Source: Sphaerodactylus townsendi | Taxonomy: Eukaryota | Length of the DNA: 64,000 bases | Assembly: GCF_021028975.2 (NCBI RefSeq) | Contig: NC_059435.1 | Span: forward strand, 38,998,001-39,062,000 | Direction of reading: 5' to 3' | In this document: one piece after another, positions 39,879-51,833 of the stretch | How the letters are laid out: the number at the start of each line of letters is the position of its first letter | Position numbering within the stretch: the stretch's first letter is position 1 | Program-made: the position numbers and the translations under genes | Notes under the pieces: model-generated | The model's input: only the letters and a program-made list of their open reading frames with translations | What the model was told of the DNA's origin: nothing | Databases searched by the model: none

Positions 39879-40070
39879 CAGTGGTGGGATCTAAAAATTT
39901 TAATAACAGGTTCTGATGGTGGTGGGATTTAAACAGTGGTGCCACCGCACACACGCACCTCCAGTCCCTATTGGGCAGGGCTGTTGCTTTAGTAACCCCT
40001 TCTCGGCACTCAAAAAAAATTAGTAACCACTTCTAGAGAAGTGGTGAGAACTGGTTGGATCCCACCTCTG
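39879..40070. mobile_element. Non-autonomous hAT (Tip100-like termini)
   Basis: TIR CAGTGGTGGGATC...GATCCCACCTCTG. TSD GTACTGGT/GTACAAGT (6/8). Confidence 0.75.
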
Positions 40071-40099
40071 GTACAAGTACATGGGTTAGAATCTCACAT

Positions 40100-40408
40100 G
40101 TCTTGACGCAGAGAACGATTGAAATATGGAATTTGCTGCCAGAGGATGTAGTGATGGCCACAGGCATAGACAGCTTTAAAAGTTTTAGACAGATTCATGG
40201 AGGATAGGTCTATCAGCGATTACTCACCATGGTGACTTAAAGGAACTTGCATGTTCAGAGGAAGCCAACCTCGGAATCCAGTACCAGGAGGCAGTATCAG
40301 GCACCTGGAAGCGACTTCAGGCACCTGGCTGACCTCTGTGTGAGGCAGGATAATGGACTAGATGGATAACTGGTTTGATCCAGCAGGGCTCTTTTTACGT
40401 TCTTATGA
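40100..40408 (+). mobile_element. CR1-like LINE 3' fragment
   Basis: tggaatttgctgccagaggatgtagtgatggcc...ggactagatgga...tgatccagcagggctc...ttcttatg tail. Shorter copies occur at about 37230-37352 and 52970-53048. Confidence 0.6.
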
Positions 40409-42808
40409 TAGGTGCCTAACCCAAATGACTGTAGGTACTGCAGCAGGACTGTACTCATGGAATCAACCATTCTGAAAAGATGATTGATGGACATTTAAAC
40501 GTTTAATAAAAATGATTTCATGAAAGGCTCCATGCACACAAGCATATCTGTCAGTAGGACTGGAAGTGAAGCCACTTATGTCAAATCTATATGTGCTAGT
40601 CCTACTCAGTATGATCTACATCACAAGGGTATTGTTGGCTGACACGATGTGTCAAATTGAGATCTGGGAGACCTGGGTTCAAATGTCCACTTTGGAATAA
40701 AACCTTGCTGGATGATTTCGGGCCAATCGCTCTCTCTCAGTTTAAGCTATCTTGCAGGGCTTGCACTTGTCAGGAGAAGAAAATGCAGAAAAGGGCAATG
40801 ATGCTGTAAGTAGCTTGTGGTACCCCATTTTAAGTACCCCCAGTTGAAGGCAGGGTATAAATAAATAACCTACAATGGATTGGGGACAAAATGTATGCTG
40901 TCCTGAGATACTCGAGGAAAAATGAAATAAAACTCCAATAAGAAATAAAATGTTTCCACTCTGATCACTAATGTATTATTATTTTAAGCAGTGATTGCAT
41001 TTTTTGTACGAGCTTCTTATATAAGCTTCTGTAACCCCACCCCCCCATTATATAGATGCCTCTGTCATTTGACATTTTCAGAGTATTTCTTGAAACTTGC
41101 ACTGGGTACTTCCTATAAAATCCAGTTTTCTAATCGTGCATTTAAAGTTCAGAAAAAGAATAATGTGATTTGCCAGTTAAATTATAGCTCTTTTCAAACA
41201 GGAAGCCAGAGGGCAAGCAGAATGACTAGAGTGAGCAAATAAAGATTCTGGGCATACTTCCAGTTTTAAATCAAAGACCAAACAAGGGGAATTTTGAAGA
41301 AGAAAGAAAGAATGTATAGGTCAACATGGAAAATATTCCCCAAGTCATGAGAAAATGTCTTTATGACTAAAGTCAAACCATTTTTTTTCATATAAAATGA
41401 TGATTCCAGGGAAATCTGCAAACTCAGAGAATGCTTCAAACATAAGAGATAATCTCTTTTCCCTTTGGAGAAGTATTTGGCTTTTATGATTTGGGCAACT
41501 GCTACTTCTAAATATTTTAGGTCATTCACCCCCCCCCCCCCCCCCCCCCGCAATTCCAATATGAATTCATCCCATTCAGATCAAAGCACAGTACTGATCA
41601 AAGTGAAAATATAGTTGCTAAAGTATTATAAATAATTTTAGCCTCTTCTTACATTAGGCAAGGGCAGACCAATATAACACACTGTCCCTTTTTTGACAAT
41701 CCCCAAGCTTACATGCCTTGTATATATGACACAGTTTACTCCACAGTCGCTGCCATCTGTCTCTAGAGGTAGGCTGCACTAAGCAGCACACAAACCTCTT
41801 CCATCTCCACGCATCCCCTTGCTTTTCTTTCGCAAGTAACCCAGAAAGACTTGGCTTTACACAATGGAAATCACAATCCTTTATAAGATTTTGGCAAAGC
41901 CCATTGGCATTTGTGGGGAGGGGGGTGTATGCAAGAGACCATGTGCAGACGACACATGAATATAGAAGGATGTTCTCCGTATCCAACAGGACCTTTGTGA
42001 TATTCACAATGGTAGTTACAGGGTGTCTGAATCTAGGACAAAGACACCTCTTCCTGCAAAAGAGCAAGATGCCTGGAAGCTAAGTTGCTAAGAATTAATC
42101 ACTTCTTCCATGCACATGTGTGTGTGTTAAGCGCTGTCAAGTTACATACACCAGTCCCAACACTGCTTCGGGGCAGGGCAGGGGAAATGGAAAGCTTATT
42201 TTTAGAGATGAAACCCACGGAAGTTGGCAGCTATTTACAAGCGGAGGCAAAAGCTTTCTCCAGGAGCTCAATAGGACTCCTGAAGTGTTTCCTTGGCACA
42301 TGGAACCCAAACAAAAGCTATTGTACCATGCCATCACAGCATTCTGGCTTCTCGTTAATAGGGGCTTAGAGATGCCACAGTTACAAAGGGAGCAAGTTGT
42401 GACTAAAAGTGGAGCTCTCTTCATAGATAGAACAAAAGAGCAATAGAGAGCTCAACTGGGCACAGGCATTTTTGCTAGTCTCAGTATATGCCAAGTGTTA
42501 AAATAAGGACATAAATCACAAAATACAGGAAATGTGAATCAAAGGAGCCTGATTCAGGTTGCAGTCTGTGTGACACATATTTTACAATTTAATTTTAACC
42601 ATGATTACTCAGAAGTAAGTCTCACTGGTTTTAGTTAAACTTACTTAGAAGTAACTATGCTTCAGATTGCTAGTCTCACTGTATAATGTTTCAGTATGTT
42701 CATTCCAAACTTGATCTTTATTTAAGCTTTAGCAACTTGGTGCTTTTCTTTCAAGCTTTCTATTCACTTTCCCCTCTATATATATATAGGAATCTTATCC
42801 TTTTATCA

Positions 42809-43010
42809 CCCTGACCTGGATGGCCCAGGCTAGCCCAGTCTCTCAGATCTTAAAAACTAAGCAGGGTCAGCCCTGGTTAGCATTTGGATCAGAAAGCACC
42901 AAGGAAATCCAGGGTTGTTACACAAAGGCAGGCAATGACAACCCACCTCTGTTCGTCTGCTGCCTTGAATATTCTACGGGGTTGTCCTAAGTCAAGACTC
43001 AACGGCATGT
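42809..43010 (+). mobile_element. 5S rRNA-derived SINE with an RTE/Sauria-type tail
   Basis: The head cagatct...ctaagcagggtcagccctggttagcatttggat resembles the 5S internal control region. The tail ggcaatgacaacccacctctg...gccttgaa...ctacgggg is RTE-like. Related copies occur at about 35445-35630, 47755-47930 and 52810-52950. Confidence 0.65.
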
Positions 43011-43204
43011 TCACCCCTACCATGTCCCTGTATCACAAAGTTTTATACAAACAATTTTCACCCCCCAAATGTAATATCTATGAATGTTACATTTCTAAGA
43101 AAGTGATACAAAACATACACACAACAGCAACAACAAGCTGATAAAAACAAAGCTGGGGAGGGGGAAACCACAACTTTTAAAGCAGGCACAGTTCATATTC
43201 TTAC

Positions 43205-43450
43205 CTTAAAATTGTGTGCTTTCTCATAGTTGAAATGGTTGTCGTTTTGTGTTAATGCTGCTCTCCTGACCAATGAGGTGATCTGTGAATAGGCAAAGAG
43301 TTTCAGAGGTTGCCATAAGAGTGCCCCCTTGACACCCATCTTCACCCCCAATGCCACAGCCAGCAGCTCCTGGCGCTTCCTCCCTCGCTTAGACTTGTGA
43401 ACCATGGCACAAGTTTTCTCATTTTCCAGCCACAGCTCCTCAGCAAACAT
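43205..43450 (-). CDS. CHN2: Beta1-chimaerin first coding exon (82 codons); its last 78 nt (43282-43205) are the exon shared with beta2
   Basis: [56 protein letters not shown]|[26 protein letters not shown] resembles the mammalian beta1 N-terminus. Donor is AAG|gtaaga. Internal acceptor is ctttgcctattcacag|ATC. Confidence 0.92.
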
Positions 43451-43950
43451 TGTGCTTGGTTCCCAGATCTTTTGCCTGTCTTCCTCTGAGCCTGGCAGGC
43501 TGGCTGCTGTCAGGTTTGTCCAACTGCTCCTAATGTTAGACAGCAGATTTGAAGCAGCTGCAGCCCATTCTGCCGAGACCTCTGGCATGTGACTTGAATG
43601 GGCTGTCTTGTGTGATGGAAGGAGCTTCTGCATCTGAATAAGTAACGGCCTGCCTTGTGGTACTTCTTTAAGACAGACGTGTGTCTGAAACAATAGGCTG
43701 GATTCATGTACCGCACAGCTCTCCCTTCTCTTGCTCCCTCCCACCCCCAAGCAGTGGTATCCTGCCAGACGCTGAAGAAATATAGGCAGCAGCACAGCTT
43801 TACGGCTTCACGCCACAACAAATTTCAAAGGCTAGATCACTTCTACTCGGGAGCTCCCCCCCTCCCCTTCCCTCTACAAATGACTCTGATGTTGCATCCA
43901 ATTGCACTCAGAGCTGGGGACTTGTGAGCTGTTCCAGTACAAACACCAAG
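43451..43950 (-). promoter_or_regulatory. Probable beta1-chimaerin 5' leader and internal promoter
   Basis: Repeat-free sequence directly upstream of the beta1 ATG. Beta1 is known to initiate from an internal promoter. The extent is inferred. Confidence 0.5.
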
Positions 43951-46837
43951 CAGATTAAGCTTTTAAATCCCAGTGATTGTTTAATCTTACAGGGCTAAAA
44001 AAATTCTTCTTTTTTCATATCCTGTGCAAGTGAAAAGCTGGTAGCACTTGAAGGATTAGCAGTCGATCTTTGCAATGCATTAAATTAAGGATTTTTTTGG
44101 GGGGGGGAGGGTTCCAGTTTAGAATGCACGAAGTAATCCCATCATCTCAGTACCAGATGCAAATGACAGACCCTGACTATAATTTGATCTTCTTAAGGAA
44201 ATTACATGGAGCCCTCCAGAGATATCAAGAGATCTGAGGGGTCATAAGGACTCATCCAGCCCAGCACACGTTATGTGGCAGGCTGGTGGCCAATGATTTC
44301 CCTTTCTTATTTGTTTGCAGCTGCACCACCAATCTAGATATTATGGCAATTATGCAGAAACCAATGAGAAAAAAGTTATGCATGGCATGTCTACATGTAA
44401 GGACTCTAACGTATGTCTCTGCTTATTCACATAGATTGGCCAACTGTATGTGGAGAGTCAATTGGGTTGATTCATATGGAGGAATGCTTATGTTAACTCA
44501 GGATACTCAGACTTGGTCACTTTTATATTATACCCCTGAAAAATGCCAGGGGATAGGAAGCAGTCAAGCAGCTATGCAGAACACCAATGTACCATCACCA
44601 GGGCTCATAATGCTCAGGCCACAGTTAGCATCTTTTTGTGTCACCTAACTTACACCGAGTTGATAATTGCAGCACTATTCCCTGACCATCAGTGGTAGCA
44701 TCCCTAATGAGTGGCAGAGAACAGATGAGGAGATTTCCCTGCAAAGTACCATGGTGTCACAGTGTAAGGAACTGGTCTCACAAGTGCACTATAGAGTTCC
44801 TGCCACGTGCAAACGTTTATTAGCAGCTTCCTTATGAGATTGACCCATATGCTCAATCAAATACTTCTGATAACAAGGGAATGGTGCTGTGGAAAAATTT
44901 ATTTGGTTGTCTATGTCAACACTGGCAGAATAGTTATTCTGTACAGTCAAAGGGAGGGCTGAATCCATTTCAGTTGCAGAAGCAATTACCAGTGACTGTA
45001 ACAATACCAGCAGCCCTTAAACTCTGTTGGCTGAGTACATACATACAGTACTTACACATAGAAACACTTTTCTATGTATCATGAAAATAACACTTATGCT
45101 TCCGGTATACTTCTAGTGGCACTATGTGTGGAATGACGTTCTGTATGTGGTTTGAATATCTAGTTCTTGTTCTCACATATGTCAGTTTCCTGGCCAAAAC
45201 AAATGCTTACAATCAAGCAAGTTAGAAACGTACAGTCATTGTGTGTTCTGTCTGTATAATATGGAAAATATGAATAAATCTGAAACCCTTTCCCGAGAAT
45301 CTATTCTGCAGTTCCTACTGGTTAAACAACCTTGAGGAACATGTTAGTATAATTTTATAATAGAACAGCAGACAAGAAGTACATTATTAATATTGCCTTG
45401 GTGTAGATGAATGATCGTGCCCTGACTTAAAAATCTGCAGAAACAGCTAGCCAACTTCACATAGACTACGCTGTGCAATTCCATATACTGTCGGACTTAC
45501 AACATTTCTCAACTTCTGTAAACTGTATGACCAGTTGCTTTCAGAAACAACGTAAGTTGTTGACTTTATTTAATCTTTCAGGTAAATATCACAATTCTAC
45601 TTCTCTCACATTATTTTCCCCACTCCCTTAAAAAAATCTACTGCTGTATTCTCAGTGAATAAATAAATAATTTTTTCAAGATGATGGAATAGCTGACTGC
45701 TACTATTAATTTTAAACACAGCATACATATATTGATTTCCCTAGGGGCTGATGGTTAGTGCTATTCTGTGAATCCTCATCAGAGTATTAATTTATCATGT
45801 CTTCTTGCCAGTTCAGGAACTGGACCTACAAAGATCTTCTCTTCCTATACTTCTGAATCACCCTTTAACTGGTCACTGTTTCAGAAGACCTGGTAGTTTT
45901 ATTGTTACCAATATCCAGCCTTCCCCACTGTCTTCCAGAATCGTGTTAGCTCAGAATAAAAGCCAGATTCTGTTCTTCTTGACTTTCAAAAGGGTAAATA
46001 ATTTATGCACTTTAGTACCTCAGTGAAATGAATTAAATGGATATCCTGTGGAATTAAAGAGGGTCGGATCTTACCAGATTTTCTACAGGTACAAGAAAAA
46101 GGGCAAGTATAGCCATCCCCTCCACGTGGGATTGCTATTTGAATATGGGGGCTCCATGATACCTGGCATAGCCTTATCAAGGGTTAAAAAACAGCCCTTA
46201 CAACCTGTTATATCAGTAGAAAAGCTGGTAGGATCCAACCCAATCAAATAATAATCCTGTTAAATCTCGGGAGTATAATTTGAAATGGAAATGTTAGACT
46301 GGAAAAAAACATGTACAATTCAACATTGCAGATAGCTTGCTAAACATCTGTACATTTAATTATTCATTATTTGATTTGATGTCGACCCCACACCTCTTGC
46401 GGATTCTTTGCACATGTGCATTTTGTTGTGTAACTCTTATGTTAGAAACATTGAACTGAAAGTAAGAGGTTAATTTCCTAGTAATCCTCCGGCACTTCTG
46501 TTAATCACATTTGAATTTTTTTAAAAAAAATTTATTACATAAGTCATGTTTTAATGTCATATATGAGAATTCTGGAATTATAGTGTGTGTTAATTCTGGA
46601 ATGTTTACTTTTATCCCTGACAACATTATCTCAAGGACAGAATTATCAAAGCTGCAGCCTCTTTTGTAGCATCATTAAAATATATGCCTCAAAGCGGGGA
46701 AAGATGTGTCTGCAATAAACAGAGAGAAGACTGATTTCTTTCACTTATACTGCAACTGAAAGCCAAATAAAATTTACTTAACTAAATTGCTTTCTCAGTA
46801 ATTTTTGGCAGTCAAATTATACAGCTACCTACAAGGA

Positions 46838-47590
46838 AACAATCTTTTCCTACTGTCTCTCAATATTTCCCAGCATTGTTGTCTTCTCATAATGTGACCA
46901 ACGTACAATAGCTTCAGTTTAGTCACTGCAGCTTCAAGGGAAAGTTCAAGATTGATTTGTTTAAAAACCCATTGATTTGTCTTTTTGGTATCCACAGTAT
47001 CCATAAACTTCTCCTCAAACACCATATTTTAAACAAAGCAACTTTCTTCCTGTAAGCTGCAGGGGCATATCTATAAAAAATTGCACCCGAGGCAAGAAGT
47101 ATGCCCCCCGCCCAGAGGTGTAGAAGGGGGGGAAAGTGCCTGGTGCACTGGTGTGTCCTCTGCATCCACCCCAGAATGCCCTTGCCCCACCCCCAGAATG
47201 CCCTCACCACACCCCCACAGGGGCATCTTCCCCCCCCACGGGGGACACTGCCCCCCCTCCAGGAGCAGTGAAATTCCACCCCCAGTGTCCTGCCTCCCTG
47301 GGATTGGTGCGGCAGGCCTGAGAGCTGGGTGCCCCCTCACCTCTCACCAGCAGCCAATACAACTGTGCTGGTCAGAGGAGGCATGACTGTGCCTTGGCCC
47401 TATCTTGCCACCCACTGGAACCTGCCTAAGTCTTGCGTCTTCCTGCAATAAGTAATGTTATGACATGAATTAACTCGATCTTGGTCACCAGCAACATCTC
47501 CTTACACTTAAGGATCTTTTCTAGCTTCTTGATGGCTGCCCTTCCCAGTCTCAGTCTCTTTCTGATTTTGTGGTTGGCTGTTGTTCCCTG
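46838..47590 (-). mobile_element. RTE-like LINE fragment interrupted by a GC-rich hAT-like insert (~47060-47417)
   Basis: The ORF remnant KKTNQWVFKQINLELSLEAAVTKLKLLYVGHIMRR is RTE-like and homologous to 11605-12970. The insert has CAGGGGCATA...GCCACCCACTG ends. Confidence 0.7.
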
Positions 47591-48324
47591 AAGGGGCTGG
47601 ATGCCTCTTAGTCTGGTGTTTCAGCTATGATCTAGGTTGCTTATGGAATTGCTCTCAGCTTTGCTGACACATACAAAACCCTCCATCACATTAACATGTG
47701 CTATAGGTTAACATATGTTGGGTCCCACCACTATGAAAATGAAGCAAAGGCAGCATGGTAAACCCTGATCTTGTCAGATCTTGGGAGCTAAGCAGGGTGC
47801 TTGGATGGGAGACCACGAAGGATGGCTGTGTAGAGGAAAGCAATGCCTAGCTACCTTTGATTCTCCCTGGCCTTGAAAGCCCCTTGCATGCATAGCCCAG
47901 GGTCAGTTGCAATTTGACAGCACTTACATATATAGTATGAGAATCCTTTCCATACAGACTACATACATAACTTAGTAACAGTTATTACAGGTCGTCCATA
48001 TGCTACAAAAGGCTTCAGTCTGCTTTGCATGTGCATATCAGTACCAAACACACTGTCTGAAATCCTACTTGGGTTGTTGTAGTGTTCCTGGTTAGGTATG
48101 TACACCCCCACCTCTGTATCATCCCTAAGCAGGTCAGTGGAGGCCCAGGTGAACATTGTCATATAGATCTCTTTTCAGGATTTGAATTGTGTATCTTTTT
48201 TTCTGTACATTTTTCTGCCTTGTTGGGTGGCCCCATGCCTATCACTAGGGCTACAAAATGGTGCAACCACATATAAGGGGCTTCCACATTCAGACAACTC
48301 CCTAATTATGTAATGGATTCAGTG

Positions 48325-48570
48325 GAGTAATGGATTCAAGGTGCAGGAAAAGAGATTCCACCTAAACATTAGGAAGAACTTTCTGGCTGTCAGTGCTATT
48401 CGACAATGGAATTTACTGCCTTGCATTGTTGTGGAATCTTCTTCTTTGGAGGTTTTTAAACAGAGGCTGGATGAACATATGTCGGGAGGCGTGCTCTGAC
48501 TGTGTGTTCCTGCATTGCAGGGGGGTGGACTTGATGACCTTTGGGGTCTCTCCCAACTCTATGATTCTAT
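48325..48570 (+). mobile_element. CR1 LINE 3' end
   Basis: cctaaacattaggaagaactttctg...ggaggtttttaaacagaggctggatg...cccaactctatgattctat, ending in the typical CR1 (GATTCTAT)n terminus. Confidence 0.85.
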
Positions 48571-51444
48571 ACAGAAAAACATTAGTTTATACATTTAAAA
48601 AGAAAGAATCTTTCACAATGGGCTGATAAACTTGCTCATTACCCATCAAAATGTTGATAACAACTAAACATCAATTGAAGGGGGTGTGGAAAAAAAATTA
48701 GTGGGCTTGACCCGTGAACATCTTTAGGAAGCTTAGGCGATATGTGTTATAAGACTCACTTTGCCAACCCCACTTTCATCTCCACTGCCATTTCAGAGAT
48801 GTATATATTTTAAAAGGTCCCATTTACTTTGGAACAGTTTAGAACAGAGCAAATTGATCAGCAGCAGAGGAAAAGTGTTATTCATTATGTCCCCTATTCC
48901 TTTTGAAACTACGAAAGGGGCAGAGTCTTGTGATTCAGGGCATGGAAGCTACCCATCCCAGTGATCAGTGTTATGCTACTGCACAACTTGTTTATCCTAG
49001 TAGTATGTTTACTTATTTCAGTGGAACTTTCAAGAGGAGTCCTTGGAATTCCACTTTTAAGTCTAAGTCCCTGGATTGTGCATCCTACTGTAGATCTTGG
49101 ATTGCACAGTATTCTCCCACAAAATTTAACGTGTCTCTTATGTAATGGCTTAGGCTTGTAGCAGCTGAGAAGATTTTTAGCTTGTAACAAATGTCCAAAA
49201 GGCTAAAAACTGTAAGCCAAAGATAGAATGTCTTTATATTTAGAGTGTTTCTACAAGCCATAGATGCCTCTTGCTTAATTCTTCCATCAAGACTCAATTT
49301 CCAGATTAGCCTCAATAAATTCCATTACATAATGAGTAGGTATAAAGGGAGGTATATAATTACAGTTTCTTTCTTTTCCCTCCTCTCTTTTGGTCATCCT
49401 GTCTAGCTGTAAAAATGTATATTTGAATGGGCCCTGCTTTCCTAGTAAAGCACAAATGGCTATTCCAGAACGAACTAGTTCGTTCTTAAAATACAAGGGC
49501 ATTCTTTTGCCCACTTGTGGGAAATTCCTGCCGACACTCAAGCTCCATTGCACATTACAGAAACGCGATCAATGTAAGGTCTTCACCATTCAATTAAATG
49601 GGAGAAACATTTAACACACGTTTACTTTCTGTCTATGAATCTGCTCCTTTCATTTGAGTGAATGAGAAATCCACTTGTATGGGACCTTGGCATGTATAGC
49701 ATCACTCCCACTTAACAGTGGACAATGTGCTTTGTCTTTTTTTCTTAACAAAGCTACTATTTTTATACATTAGTATTGTATACCCTCCCTGCATGCATTC
49801 CTACACTTCACATGAACACATTGCCAAAGGTCTATTAATGTCAACATTGTCTACTGACTGGCAGTGGTCCTCCATGGTCTGAGAGATAAAGGTCTTCCAA
49901 TGTCACAAGGAAGAAGGGGAGGGATGTGTTCATTTTGTTTTTTATTGTTGTTCTGTGGGATCAGAATGGTTCTCCAAGGATAACATTCAAGAACACAAGG
50001 GATGGGGGTGAGTCTTGAAGCTGAAGCAAAATATATGTACTTAAGATATTTATATCTTGCTTTTCACTCCAGTTGGGTCCCAAAGCAGCTTACAACATAT
50101 TCTTTCCTCACAATAATCTTCTGAGGTATGTTATGTGGAAAGAAACTGACTATTTTAGTATGACCCTTAATCACATATATCGATCTACTAGTGCAGCAGG
50201 ATATATGAGAAAATATTACTGATGAACTGTTGCACTACAGCTGCCCCAATTCAATAAACTTTTATTTCATTACTATATCTCTTATTTGTCTTAATTTTTA
50301 ATCATATGTACACACAAAATTGCATATAGCCATATATTCTAATATGATCCCATAATCTACACAGTGGTCCTTAAACTCATACTAGAATCCAAAGGTAAGT
50401 GACCATTCTACATCCAAAAGGTAAGTATCCAATATATCAATTGTGATGCGGAATATATATATACAAAATGACTCTACAATCTTTAAACAGGTAAGTGTCC
50501 AATATATCTCATACTGTCCATTCATATCTTGCACCTTCTCATAATAAAGTTCATAAGAGTCTTTGTTTGATATCCTCACAGGTGGATATGCACTATTCAG
50601 AATTTCTTAAGTCCAAATTGTTTGGAAAACTCCCTTATCTTCCACCTGTTACAATCTCCAGGTAGCTTTAAATTCCACATGATTCAACCATCAGGGAAAT
50701 GCATTGCGCATAATTCACGTTTTTCACAAGCTTCTTCAGCCTCAGTCTTTCTACTGTGGAATTGATTTATACAGGTGTTGTACAGGTAATCTACAGAATA
50801 AATCCAACATACAGTAAATTACATGCCCATAATTATATACTTATTCTTGTTAACATACATTAGTAGCACATTGAGACTTACATCTCTCCTATATCGAGCT
50901 GATGTGCTACTTAAAGGCAATAATATTGGGTTAATTTAAAGCTGATGTCTGATCTTAAGCCGGGGGATCAGAGATACAAAGGGAAGTATCCTGTTTTGCT
51001 GTTGATATACGACAAAGGGAGAAAGATAGTCAAGTCTGGCCCTGGACTGTGGGCTAGACTCAGAAGAAACATGACATTTCTTGATTGTTTCTGCATGTTT
51101 GGGGAGAGCCATCGTTGTTTAATATTTTAGTTACAGTAAGAAAGTGAACTGCTTATTCCCTCATGATTACTGCTTAAAAATCTACTTTTGGACTACTTCA
51201 GATGTGGAGCGGTTAGGATTTTATAGCACAATCATAAGTACAGTTCCACCCTTCTAAACCTCTCAAAATTAGTCGTCTTAGAACTGTGTCATTCTGGTTA
51301 GGATTGCAATGTTCATGTCTGATGTAATGTCAGCTTGGAAACGGTGCTTTTATTCAGGCATTAGGACTAGATTTACTTTACCAACTGTTTTGAAGAAGAG
51401 TTGTTTTTTATACCCCATCTTTCTTTACCGTAAGGGGTCACAAA

Positions 51445-51833
51445 CAGTGGTGGAACTGTATTGTTGAAGGCTTTCACGGCCGGAATCACTTGGGTGCTGT
51501 GTGGTTTCCGGGCTGTATGGCCGTGTTCTAGCAGCATTCTCTCCTGACGTTTCGCCTGCATCTGTGGCTGGCATCTTCAGAGGATCTGTGGCTGGCATCT
51601 TCAGAGATCCTCTGAAGATGCCAGCCACAGATGCAGGCGAAACGTCAGGAGAGAATGCTGCTAGAACACAGCCATACAGCCCGGAAACCACACAGCACCC
51701 AAGTGGTGGAACTATTTGCACCAGTTCGGTAGAATCGATAGCTAATTTTTTTGTCTAGTTCAGAGAACTGGTTGTAATTCCACCACTGAGTCCTTTCGGA
51801 ACCGCTTGTTAAATTAATTGAATCCCACCACTG
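51445..51833. mobile_element. Non-autonomous hAT (Tip100-like) hosting a Penelope-like hairpin
   Basis: Perfect 8-bp TSD GTCACAAA. Termini CAGTGGTGG...CCACCACTG. Confidence 0.8.
51458..51705. mobile_element. Penelope-like element terminal fragment arranged as an inverted repeat
   Basis: Arms 51487-51586 and 51606-51705 (100 bp, 1 mismatch). The motif ctgaagatgcc...ggcgaaacgtcagg recalls Penelope-like termini. Flanked by a duplicated AGTGGTGGAACT. Confidence 0.7.

Noticed and set aside
42830-42900. 5S rRNA gene
   Set aside because: It is partial, degenerate and fused to a retroposon tail, so it is a SINE head.
51487-51705. miRNA precursor
   Set aside because: The near-perfect 100-bp arms are repeat-derived and bounded by an insertion duplication, so a TE fold-back explains them better.
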